Part shown: in pieces, positions 38,261-51,972 of the stretch
How positions within the stretch are numbered: the first letter of the stretch is position 1
Layout: every line of letters begins with the position of its first letter
NCBI RefSeq assembly: GCF_006345805.1
Contig: NC_043007.1
Location: 70,618,001 to 70,682,000 of the forward strand
Direction: 5' to 3'
Source: Octopus sinensis
Taxonomy: Eukaryota
Length of the DNA: 64,000 nt
Made by a program: the position numbers and the translations under genes
Notes under the pieces: generated by a model
The model's input: the letters and a program-made list of their open reading frames with translations, nothing else
What the model was told of the DNA's origin: nothing
The model's database searches: none

Positions 38261-39887
38261 TATTCGACGATATATTTGCTGGATTTGGCATAAAATTGAA
38301 ACTACTGTTACTTTTTAAAAATGTTTCTTCTTCACTGTTATTTTACTTGACTTTTTCTTAAGGTTGGTAGGAGGATACCTACAACAATTTGTGTATGTTC
38401 ATCATTATTACTGTTGTTGTTTTATGTTCAACTTCAATGTTAGCATAAATTAGATGGGTTGTTGCTCTTGTCTTACATGTGTTGCAGGACCGAATCTTCC
38501 TTATGAATTTCACGATAGACTTAGTTTCCATCGTTGGATTCCCTTCCTAACACCAGCCATTGTATAACTGGATGCATTTTAATGTGGTATCAGCATTGAA
38601 GAGGTTGTCATGTCTTTGACAAGATTAAAGGATCATGTCAATGCTACATGTAATAAAATATTCTAGGTACATTTTCTGTGGCGCCAATACCGAAGAGGAT
38701 AGGGGTAAAGTGTAAAGACCCTCTTCAGTTATGAATGACCAGGATTTTTGCACCTTGAGATTTACCTTCTGAGGCACAAGTCTAGGCAAAGTTGTTTGTG
38801 GAAGACCAGCAGTCACCCATGCATACCAGCCTCCCCTCTCCATACCACCGATGTTATCCAAAGGAAAGGCAAAGACCAATACAGCTTGGCATCAATGACG
38901 TAGCAACTCATTTCTACAGCTGAGTGAACTGGAGTAATGTGAAATAAAGTGTCTTACTCAAGAACACAACACACATCATGGTCCAGGATTTGAACTCATT
39001 ATCTCATGATAGTGAACCAAATGCTTTAACCACTGAGCCATGCTACTTCTTAGTGGATGGGGGTAAAAGGAAGATAAATGGTGGATGTGAATACCAGAAG
39101 GCCAGTAGTTGATTACTGTTAGAGTGTATTTGATGAGGTCCCATATGCTTGTACTTCAAATGGGTGAGTTAAGACGATTGAGAGAGAGAAGTGGAGTGTT
39201 AGTGTGGCATCCATTCTTAGACAGGAAACCATGTTTGGTCAACAAAAGAAATCCAGTGCTATCTTTAATCACACCAACAGCATAAAAAAGTGAGATGAGT
39301 GATCGTGAGAAGAGCAATAGGGGCAAGAGTAATAAAAGTATGAATGAGAAAGAGACGATTGATTAGGGTTTTAGAAAATCAAAGGCTGTCAAAGAGGTCT
39401 AAATAGAAAATTGATAATGCTGTCAGATAAAATATAAAAACACTGTCTACACGAATTTCTTAACACACACACACACACACACACATTTATATATATGCAT
39501 ATGGTGAGCTGGCAGATTCGTTAACATGCCAGACAAAATGCTTAGCTTTATGTCCTCTAGTTTTAATGTTCTGAGTTCAAATGCCACCAAGGTTAATTTT
39601 GCCTTTCACCCTTGTAGGGTTGATAAAATAAGTATCAGCTGAGTACTAGTGTTAATGTAATCAACCAACCCTCTCCATCTAGGTTGCTGGCTTTGTTCCA
39701 GAATATGAAACAATATGCATATCTGTCTGTCTGTCTACATACCTACTTTATCTCTCTCTCCCTTCCCCCTCTCTCTATCTATCTATATGTCTGTCTGTCA
39801 ATCAATCATTAATTAATTAAGTTTGTGTGTTTCTATGTCTTGTGTAATTTCAGTCACCCAATTAAGATGGATCATTTCAAATGAAAT

Positions 39888-39972
39888 ATGGACAAGACAA
39901 CAAGAAGTGAACTAATAAAAACTATTGAGAGTCAGAAAGACAAAATTCAAAGATATGAAGCCAGATTAAGAG
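39888..39972 (+). CDS. GCC1: GCC1 coding exon 1
   Basis: MDKTTRSELIKTIESQKDKIQRYEARLR; exon starts 39854 after tttcag; donor GTAAGT. Confidence 0.92.
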
Positions 39973-42407
39973 GTAAGTGGTTACTTGTATCAGGAAATTC
40001 AGATACTGGAAAAAAACAACTGGTAAATTAATCCATTGATATAAACCTTCTGGCTCTGTCTTGTCTCGGTACCACACAATAAGCCTAAGGGAGGTAACTG
40101 TGACTGGTTTTTGTCTGATTCTATCTGAATGAGCCTGTTGTGTTTTGTTGTAACATTTTTGATGGCTCGGTCGTCTGAAATAATTTCAGTATCCCTTCAT
40201 GATTATATCTTGGGTGTAAATGTATCAGGAATCGATGATTATAGGTAGACAGCAGACAGATAATTATTTTATAATTAAATTGGTTCATTATTTTAGTGTA
40301 AAATTTGTATATTGTTATTGAATATTTTATCAATAAAAATCTAATTGTTTATTATCTAGATTTAATCAGTGCTTACAAAGGTTTGTCGAAAGAGAAAGAG
40401 GCTCTGGAAGCTAGCATCCAATGTTTAACTGCCACTGATTTGAACAATGGTATAGGTAAAAAATCATTTTCTGCTGCCAACAAGGAAAACAACAATGACA
40501 AAGAAAAAACAGATGAAGAAAAACAAGAAATTCCTCACCCATTACAGTCAAAGGTAATTATTTAAAGCTTTTTTTTTTTATTGTATGTTGTCAGGAATTT
40601 TGAAGTATGTCCTTTTACAACTGGAAGAGTACTGGGATGTATTTATTCTTCTAATGTTACTGATTATCCTCGAGTATAATCTGCACTTTTTCCCCAAAAT
40701 CCAAAGGTCAAAATCCCTAGTGTGTACTATATATGAGGTTAAAAATGAAAAATATTTTCTAAGCAATGTCCAAGTCTATATTTTCTGTCTGGCAATGTTT
40801 ATTCAGATGCATTTTGTGATGTCGAGCGTGAAAATACCTTAAGCTAAGCCTGATAGCAATGAAGTCATAAAAGAATCATCCATAACTTGCAGTAAGCAAC
40901 ATTTATTAAAATAAAAGTATTCAGAAAACAGAATAACATATAACAAAAACAATTTGCAAACATATTTACATTCCCATATAACAGTTAAGAACATCACCAT
41001 TATTGTATTACGCATGCGCGGAAGTGCTTGTTCGACTAGGTGCTGTTGGCTTAATTACGCACAACTCAAGTTAGAGAAAGGGTGTGTATTATACACAAGG
41101 TTTAGGTTTTTCAGAGGTACAGCCCCCTAAAAATTCCCTGTGTATTATACTCAAGGGCAGACTATACTTGAGGATTTACGGTATTACTGATTTTTTAAAG
41201 CTTTTTGTACACGACTAGGTTTATTTAAGATGTCTGTAAGTTTGAAGTAACAGTTTTTGGCTTTCAGTTGAATAAAAGAGATGTCATAATGGTATTGGCA
41301 CTTAATAAATTTCCAGTCAATGAGACAAGTGTGACAGATGCTTGACTTTGAGAATCAAACACAGACAGAGACACACATACATGATGGGCTTCTTTTAGTT
41401 TGTCTACCAAATCCCCTGATAAGGCTTTGGTGGGCTGAAAGCTATATTAGAAGACACTTGTACCATTGCGTGGTACTGAACCCAGAACCATGTGGTTGGG
41501 AAGTAAGCTTCTTACCACACAACTGGGTAAAATGCTTAGCGCCGTTTCATCTGTCTTTATGTTCTGAGTTCAAATTCCACTATGGTGAACTTTGCATGTC
41601 ATGCTTTTGGGGTTGATAAAATAAGTACCAGTTGATCATTGGGGTTGATGCAATTGACTTACCCACTCCCCTGAAATTGATGGCCTTGTGCCAAAATTTG
41701 AAATCAGTAATATTGTTTGTGATTAGGAAGCCTATCTCAACCCTTTTGTTACCATATTTCTGTTGAAATGCTCTGTGTTTCTTTCAATTATTCTAAATAT
41801 AACAAAGAATTTAGTAAAATAACTTAATTATCATTAAGCTAGTGTTAGGAGCATATATTGTGATTAAGGTTTGATGGAAGATTTTAATTCAGAACTTTTG
41901 AAAACAAGACATTCGTACTACAGACCAGTGACGATTTCAGGTGGGCTGGTATCAAAAGGTTTAAGGTGATTACTAATTAATTGTAACAGCTTGGCTTTGA
42001 TTATATTTAGATAAATACTATGACACAATGTATTTCATCTCTTGTTTTTTTTTTCACAGTCCTTTTAAGATACATATTTTATACAGAATTCTCAAGTATT
42101 TTGATATTTTCAATGAAGCCATTCTATTTTGTTGATAAAATTAAATCTAAGAGTATTTCATGTCTAATATAGACTCAGTATTGCTGTTTTATTTTATTTT
42201 AGACTCAAATTTAATTTTCTATTTCAGTCCAGTGAATCCCATCAGACTGATAGTGAAGAAAAGTTGGCTACATTGACGACCACATTAAGTGTTTTGACCA
42301 ATGAAAAATCTCGACTTGAAAGTAGTTATCTCGCTGAAAAGAAACAGCTAAAAGTAAGTTTGTACCTGATATTTTTAATTATTTTTGGGAAACTGAAAGA
42401 AGCCTGT

Positions 42408-42446
<39 letters not shown>

Positions 42447-45400
42447 TTGTGTGTCTATGTTTGCCCTCTCAACATTGCTTGACAACTGATGCTGGTGTCT
42501 TTGCGTTCCTGTAACTTAGTGGTTCGGCAAAAGAGACCGATAGAATAAGTCCTGGGGTCGATTTGCTCGACCAATGGCGGTGCTCCAGCATGGCTTCAGT
42601 CAAATGACTGAAACAAGTAAAAAAAAAAGTCCCATGATCATGAAATTCAAATTTTTCTTTCAATTTTGGTATCAGTGCTAAACTTTTACTGTATTCTTCA
42701 CAGTTCTTACAATGTCTGAGACAAAAAAATAGAAGCAGATGTACCAAATATTTAGTAGTATTTTAGTATACAATGAGTGCATACTATTTTCATCTTTGAT
42801 GATATTAGCATAGTATAACCATTGCATATGTTTTTTCATATTAATATTACTCCAAGTTGTAAGGTGTTGAGCCGGTAGAATTGTTAGGATGATGGGCAAA
42901 TTGCTTAGTGGCATTTCATCTGTCTTTACATTCTGAGATCAAATTCCACTGAATTTGATTTTGCTTTTTCTCTTTTCCAGGTCAGTAAAATAAGTACCAG
43001 TTGAGCACTGGGGTTGATATAATTGACTAGCTTCTGCTCCAAAATTGCTGGCCTTGTGCCAAAATTTGAAACCAATATTATACCAAGCAGTGTATATGTT
43101 GGATTAATTTTGCTATTAATGAAAATGCAGAACTTTGTTTGCTTCTGTTTCGACAAGTTGTAAAAAGCCAGCTTTTAACTGTTTTGATAGCAACCTGCCT
43201 GAAACTGCTTGATATATTCAAAATTAACTGAGACAAAGGCAGTGTATTTCAAAAGACATCACCATCGTTTAATGTCCATTTTCCATGCTAGCATGGTTTA
43301 GACGGTTTGACTGGGGTCTGGGAAGCCAGGAGGCTGCACCAGGCTCCAGTCTGATCTGGCAGTGTTTCTACAGCTGGATGCCCTTCCTAACGCTAACCAC
43401 TCAGTGAGTATAGTGGGTGCTTTTTACATGGCACAGGGGCCAGGGGAGGCTGGCAATGGCCACGATTGATTGGTGCTTTTTACGTGCCACCAGTATAGAA
43501 GCCCGTCAAGGCAGCACTGGCATCGGCCATGTTCAGATGGTGCCTTCTACATGCCACCGGCACAGGTATCACAACTACAATTTCCATTTGATTTTTATTT
43601 TGATATTGATGTTGATGTACTTGACTCAATAGGTTTCCTCAAGCACAGCAGGTCGCCCTACGATCCAAGGTACTTTGGATAGGCTGGGGTTGCTATGTGA
43701 AGCTGGTGAGGAAACATATGGTAACAAAAGGGTTGTAGTAATTATTTCAACAATATAGAGAAACCCAAATTTACAGTGCTATCATATAGAAATGGATTTA
43801 AAAAAAGTAACAATAATGATGATAATAATTGTAATAATGGTTTCTAATATGGTGCAGGCATGGCTCTTGTAAGAAGCTTCAGTCCCACTGTATAGCACCT
43901 TGGGCAAGTATCTTCTATTATAGCCTTGGGCTGACCAAAACCTTGTGAGTGGATCTGGTTGATGGAAACTGAAAGAAGCCCATTGTATATATATATATAT
44001 ATATATATAGGGGGAGTTTACGAAAAAAACAAAAGACGAAGACAGGTGGTGTACAAAACAAACAGATGTATTAGTATAACGCTCAGGAATATAAAAAGTC
44101 TTTTACGTTTTGAGCCTACGCTGTTCTACAGAAAGGGACACAGAAAAAAACAAGGAGAGAAAAAATGTGTGTAGTGGCTAACGATCTATTATGGCGACAT
44201 ATATATATATGTGTGTATGTATATCTGTGTGTCTTTGTCTTGGTGTCGGTGTTTGTCCCACATCACCGCTTGACAACTGGTGTTGGTGTGTTTATGTCCC
44301 TGTAACTTAGTGGTTTGGCAAAAAGACTGACAGAATAAGTACTAGACTTAAAATATAAGTCCTGGGGTCAATTTGTTTGACTAAAATGACTTCAAGGTGA
44401 AACAAATAAAAGAATAATATAATCAGATATTAAATTTCGAAAAGGGGGACAACAGATCATTTTGACCCTTCAGAACTTGACTAGCCTTATTTTTATTCGG
44501 CAGGGAGTGGTGGCGATCCCTGCTGTACTCTTTCGCCACAACTTTCTCTCACTCTTTCTTCTGTTAGCCTGCTTGCTTAGCCAGCGGGGTGGTGTCATTT
44601 GAAGGCTAAAACAATGCAAAGCGCATTGTGACCGGCGATGTGTAGCAACATCTGATAGCTTGGTCGGTCACGGTGATCACAGTGATAATACAATTTTAGT
44701 TGAGATATTTTTCTGATGCTGCAATAAATGATAAGTCAATAACCATTAATAGTAAGTTACTGTGTTGTTGATGAAACCATAGTAAGCATTCTGAAATATT
44801 TCCACAAACTATGTTGTGTAGTAATGAATTGTTTTCATTCAACTTAACATACCTATATAAAGTTTTGTAATTAACAGTCTTCCATTTCTTTTCAATTAGA
44901 CAGAAAATGAAGATCTCCAGAGACGGCTAGAAGAAAATGAAAAAGTATCTAATCTAAAACAGCGAGGACAAGATGAAATTATCAAGGATGTAAGTGTAAT
45001 TGATAAAGGAACAAAACCATTTTATTTATATCTTCATATTAACATACAGCTGAGATGCATTATTTATGGGTAACTGTAATGTGAAAGAGTTGATATGTAA
45101 ATTTTAGTTTAAAAGACCCTACATTATTGATTCTCTGTGAAATATCCCCATTATTACACAACATACAATGTAATTGTGTTGTAAACAGATACATAACTCT
45201 GCTTGCTTTTAATCTATGTAGCCAACAGCAACTTTAAGTACATTATGATTGATTGATTAGCGTCATGAATTGCATCCAGTTAGGAAAATACTTTTATTCC
45301 TGTTGAATGCAAATGTCTAAAGTTTAAAACACTGCCCTACCATACTAGATGGTAAAATAATTTTGGAAACAAAACTCTCATTTGTGTTGTCCTTGAAATG

Positions 45401-48400
45401 TTGATGTAAAGCAGTGTCATGTAAAAAGCACTGGTGTGGGTGATGGTCCCACGTAAAAAGCACTCAATACTACACCCTGTAAAGTGGTTGGCATTAGGAA
45501 GGGCATCCAGCCATAGAAACCAAGTTAAAACAGACTATGGAACCTGGTGCAGCCACGAGCCTGGCCTGTTCCTGTGAAGCCATCCAACCCATGCCAGCAT
45601 GGAAAGCAGACATTAAATGTTGATGATGATGGAAGCAAAGTAAGGGAGTGTGTTGTCAGCAGAACATAATAGAAGAATGAGGTGGGATGCCAACAGTTTA
45701 ATTCATTTCTATCTAAGGGATCTCCAGTATAAAAAACTAAGCTTGTTTAATTTTTATTTTTTTTATTATGAAGTTCAAACTAATCCTTCACTGAGCTGCT
45801 TTGTTAAAAATCTGTCGTTATTGATGTTCTTATATACTATATACCTTAAAGCAAAGTCTGCAATGCTTTCATATAAAGTTATCAAGGGCAGTGAGCCGGC
45901 AGAATTGTTACTGCACTGGGCAACATGCTTAGTTGTATTTCATTTGTCTTTACCATTCTGAGTTCAAATTCTGCTGAAGTTAACTTTACTGTTCATCCTT
46001 TTGGACTTGATAAAATAAATACTATTTGAGCACTGGGGTTGATGTGATCGAGTTACCCACTTCCTCTAAAATTGCTGGCTTTGTGTTAAAATTTGAAACC
46101 AATATAAAGTTAATATGTATTTCAGTATTTTTTTCGTTTTTGGATTTGGTTTGCAAGATTCTTTAGTATTTTTTATCAGTTATTAAAGATTGGAGTTGAT
46201 GTTTGGTATATAAAACATAAATATCTTCAAGAGGCTTTTATGAGTCAATGCTTAACTTTGATTTTATTGGCTTTAAGCAAATGAATAACTAGTGTCCCTG
46301 GTTTGCTGGAAACTATCACAGGAAGTAAAATTTATTTAAAAAAAAAACAGAAGAAATTGCAACACAAGTAAATATTTTTTCCAATTAGACTGCAAAATGC
46401 CTTTGATAAATTTAGTCTATGGTTGCTCATTTTTGGGTGGAATTCTACTTTAAGCATCCCATATAACCCCCTCTCATAGCATTAAAATTTTGTGAATTTG
46501 TATTTCTACACAGGAATTCACATGCCTATATAAAAAAATATTTAAAAAAATTTTTTGAAATTTTTTTTTGAAGAATATTTTGGTTGATTTTTTTCAAATT
46601 TTTCTTTTGAAGTCAGTTTAAAATATGGACAGTCCAAATTTTTGACTTATATTCCAGAATAGACCATTAAATGTTTTTATGAAGAGGAAGATATTGAAAA
46701 GCATCAATACGTCAAACTGACAAACAAAACGAGGAGTGTATGAGGTGGTCGTGAGATGTGCTAAAAATAACAGCTAAATAGGCCTTAAATCATGCACCAG
46801 AAAATTTTTTTGCTTTGCATAATTGTATGAATTTCTGTGTATAGAACACAAATTTGCAAAAATTTCCTGAAAATACTAGGAAAAAAAAAAGTTATGAGGA
46901 ATTGTATGGCATACATGAAGCAAAATTCTGGCCATTTTTGTTTCTTCATTTGTTCTATGCTTTATTCCTCAAAGAATTATCAAAGCTTTATCAAACTGAT
47001 ATATTTAACATGTAGAAAGAGAGTGAAAAAAAATTACATTAATTCATGTAGCATCATTTATGCTGCATGAATTATTAATCCTTAAATCCTTAAAAATGTT
47101 TTAGCCCGAAGGCCGCGGCCATTAATGTTGATGAATCATTAATGATTAAAAACTGTGATTATTGTTGTAACTCTTATTACAGCTAAAACAGAAACTTCGG
47201 TCTCAGCAAAGAGAGCGAGAACTGGAGCAAACAGATCATGCCTTTATGTTACGGGAACTTCAAAAACTTGTCAGTGATGAGCGGACTGCCAGGGAAGATC
47301 TTGAATATCAAGTAAGCGTTTGATGTGGATGTTTTACTTTTAAAAACCTCAGAGATTATTGCACATAATGTTTGTCTGTTAAAGACATCATCTCATGAAA
47401 TAGCCACAGATGGTGATGGGGTTCAAGTTAAGTTCCCTCAACTTGTTTCATAAATAATTGACTATTTCATAAGATATAGGGGAGGATGCAGAGACGACTG
47501 ATTAGATATGATATCAGAACAGTATATATATATATATATATATATATATGAATAAATAAATAAATGGAGTTTAACGCAGGTGTAAATCAAATATTTTTAC
47601 TTTCGACACGTGTTTCGAAAATTCCACTGATATTATTCAAAAGAATAAATGGTATAAATGATGCAATCTTCTCTTCAGGAAAGTGAAAAAAACGAAACTC
47701 GTCAATAAGACATTTTAGCAAAAAATTATGGATTTGTATAGCGATTGACAGAATGCTATTAATATTGTTTAAAAAAACGTTATATGATATAACGTCATAA
47801 GTAGCTTACAGAAAGAGTAGGGATAATAATAGTGAATGTTAAATATAAAGGAAATTAAAGTTTAAATTATATATAATGATAGAGACTACTATTTTATATA
47901 CTAATATTGGATGAAGTTTTTTTACAGAAAAAAATTTCATCAAAAAAGTGACAGCATATCAAAATACCTTTAAAGGTTAAAATTATAAACAACTTATAAA
48001 TAAGGGCTAAAGAAAATTATTTCTTTGCCAATATGCTGATAACAGACTTTTAAATCGTCAATTTCCACATATTATATATCCACTACAGAAATACGTTGTG
48101 CGGAAATCGAGGAAAGCTAGCCAACAGAATTTTAAAAAAAATTGACGATTTAAAAGTCTGTTATCAGCATATTGGCATAGAAATAATTTTCTTTTGCCCT
48201 TGTTTATAAGTTGTATATATATATATATATATATGCATATGTGGGCACAGAACGTCACGAAATGTGTACAACAAAAAATACTAAGTACGAGTACATGGAA
48301 TATGAACTATTCTTTCGAACAACGAATGACACAAATGGAAAACAAGACAAACAACAGAAAAGATGAACCTTCATCAGTTGTTTGTTGTTTTTTTACTTTT

Positions 48401-51400
48401 GTATTTTGAGCATGGATCAAAAACAGTTTGATTGAAACTCCTTGATATTCTGAGTTTCAAGTGTGTGGTTAGTCTTCAGCCTTGAAACTCAGGGGTTTGA
48501 ATTCAACTCCTTGGTCCATAAGTGTAACTCACAATAAATGTGTTGAGTGTCCTTCTTTCATTTGTCTACTCACTCATATTTATAAAAACCAAGAGAGAAG
48601 ATGGAGAAAAGATTAATAAAAATTTATTAATACATTGACATGACCTACAACTGTTTCAGTTTCTTGCTTATAGCATAAAATTTAATTTAATTAAATCAGT
48701 TTGGTTAATTATTAATTATATATATATTTCATTAAGAGTTATTGGATTTCTTGGATTTCAGCTGCATTATACGCCTCTGTATTGGATTAGCTGAGTCTAC
48801 TAGAGGAGCTTTCTGTGATGGCCATATGATTCTATAGATCCATATATTACACTACAAATTTATAAATTTATGTGTGTGTGTGTATATATATATATATATT
48901 ATATATATATATATATATATTCTGTGCTGGTGCCACATAAAAAGTACCCTGTACACTTGGTAGAAACCATGCCAAATAGACAATGGAACCTATTATGGCT
49001 CCTGGCCTTGTCAGCTGTTGTCAGACCATCTAACCCATGCTAGCATGGAAACAGACATTAAATGATGATGATGATATGTATATATATATATATATATCAT
49101 GTAGTCTGCATGTGAGAAGGCACATGGCTCAGTGGTTAGAGTGTCGAGCTTACAATTGTTAGGTTGTGAGTTCGAATCCCGGACTGGGCTGCATGTTGTG
49201 TTCTTGAGCAAGACACTTTATTTCACATCGCTCCAGTTCACTCAGCTATAGAAATGAGTTGCGACGTCACAGGTGCCAAGCTGTATCGGCCTTTGCCCTT
49301 CCCTTGGATAACACTGGTGGTGTGGAGAGGGGAGGCCGGTATGCATGGGTGACTGCTGGTCTTCCATAAACAACCTTGCCTGGACTTGTGCCTAGGAGGG
49401 TAAGGGGGTCTCAGCAGTCTGCATGTGTATGTATAGAACCAATGATATATTATTCTTCCTATTCATTTGGCGATATGTTCAGGAAATGTAACAATATTTG
49501 TCAGGTTTGTTGACAAACTATTTGCAGTAAATAATCAGATGAATAATGAGAATATTGGGTGTGGGTGAGTGGGTCACAAATGTCATCAAATATTTATGAA
49601 ATAGTAACATGTTAAAATGTCCAATTCACTTATCCGTTGTTCAGGATAACTCCATTTCCTTTCTTTGTATCTGTCGTATCGTGGAACTCAGCTAGGAGAT
49701 TTTCAGTTAGGAACTTTATGAAAAACTACAGAAGTTTGTAATTAGGGAATATTATTTACACAAGTTTTAGAAAATGGAAATTAAAATGTTTAGAAAGTTT
49801 GTTTAACCCTTTTGTTACTGTATTTATTTTGAGATGCTCTGTGTTTCTTTCAATTACTTTAAATATAACAAAGAATTTAGTAAAATAACTTAGTTATCAT
49901 TCAGCTAGTATTAGGACCATAAATTGTGACTAAGGTTTGATGGAAGATTTTAATTCAAAACTTATGAAAACAAGACATTTGTACTCAGAGCCAGAGCCGG
50001 TTTCAGCCAGGTTGGTAACGAAATCATCATCATCATCATCGTTTAACGTCTGCTTTCCATGCTAGCATGGGTTGGATGGTTCAACTGGGGTCTGGGAAGC
50101 CAGAAAGAGTTAATAATTAAGATTTCCACATGTGAAATGGTCCAACACTGTATTTGTAGAACCTGTCCATAAGAAGACATAGGAGACCAGCTTAGTACAG
50201 CATCCAGCAAGCATAGCATTTCTAAGATCTCTACATTCAATAGAAATAAAATTTGTCTGACTTTTGGCAATCTAATGTAGTCAACTGAAAAAAAAGAAAA
50301 GGTATCTAGACTTAATGGGAGAATTAAATCCACTAAAGGTTTGTTGATAGATGGCATTGAGAACATGAATAGTTTAAGAATGAAATGAAGTTAAAAACCT
50401 GATTATAGTAGAAGAATTGGCAATTATAACAGAGAATATGACACGGTCTCATACATCATATAGCATCATGTTTTCTGCAACTGGACCATTCTTATAGGGA
50501 GTCACTTGGAATAGCTGATGGCTTCAAGTAAAGTGTTTTTTGGAATTTTGAAAAAAATTTTAATTCACTTTTTTTATTATTATTATTATTATTATGCTTT
50601 TGTTTTTTTCTTTTGTCTAAATAGCTGGATTTATCCCAAAATGCATTGCAAGCTAAAGAGAAAGCCAATAAACTTTCAGAGCAGTATGAGAAGCGGATAC
50701 ACGACTTATCTAACGAATTAGTGGTCTTACAGAATCGTCTGAAAGCTGCTGAAGAGAAGGCCAATCAACCATCTCCATTACTTCTTGAATTACAAAAAGA
50801 ATTAACCAGCTTGAAGGTATGTTATTACTTTAGACAATATTCAAGTGTTATTTCTATATATATATATATATATAGGGTATCGAATATTCTTAGAAATATC
50901 ACCACCAGTGGCTTAGCATGTATAAATAGTCAATAGACAACATATTCTCAATATAAGATAGTGTACATTTAATCACAAAAGAAAACTACCTTTAACAGGT
51001 AATTTTTACATGCTAGAAGAAGCAGTCAAAGCAACTAAAACCACATTTAATAGCAATTTTCGAAAGGAATGAAAAATAAAAACTTTTACCTTGTTATTTT
51101 TAATTTTTAAAATTTTTTATTTTTAAATAAAAAAATAACAAGGTAAAAGTTTTTAATTTTCATTCCCTTCGAAAATTTCTATTAAATGTGGTTTTGGTCA
51201 TTTTGACTGCTTCTTTTAGCGTGTGAAAATTACCTGTTAAAGGTAGTTTTCTTTTATGTTTAAATGTACACTTTTATATTGAGTGTATATATATATATAT
51301 ATATATACTAAATGAAGCAGCTCTCTCAGAAAGGGTCTGGCTATGTTGTAAAGGTTTTACCTTCATACTTTATATCTGATCAATTCAAACTTTGTCATAG

Positions 51401-51937
51401 CTGTTACATTGATCAATTCTAAATCTACAGTTTTGGGATTAATGTAAATGATGGGGTAAGCGTTGTAAAGAAATTTGCTTCCCAGCTATGAGGTATATTG
51501 GGGAAGTGCCTTCTACAATAGCCTTCAGTTGACCAATACTGTATGAGTGGAATTCTATAAAAAGGTAACTATGCAGAAGCCTGTTGTGTGTGCATAAATA
51601 CACACACATTCATATTTATATTCTTTTATTTATTTCAGTCATTTGACTGGAGCATTGCTTTGAAGGATTTTAGTTGAACAAATTAATCCCTTATTCTATT
51701 AGTCTTTTTTGTTGAACTACTAAGTTATGGGACATAAACACAGCAACACCGGTTGTCAAGTGATGATGTGGGGGACAAACATAAAGACACACACACACAT
51801 GATGGGCTTCTTTCAGTTTCTATCTACCAAATCCACTCACAAGGCTTTGGTTGGCCCGAGGCTATATTAGAAGATACTTGCCCAAGTTGCCATGCAACCA
51901 TGTGGTTGGGAAGCAAGCTTCTTACCACATAGCCATG

Positions 51938-51972
<35 letters not shown>

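Noticed and set aside
48310-48385. Minus-strand CTGATGA...CGAAA, possible additional hammerhead
   Set aside because: Stem II and the stem III/NUH cleavage site cannot be formed convincingly
48640-48660. Minus-strand GAAACAGTTGTA, hammerhead half-motif
   Set aside because: No matching CUGANGA box found upstream
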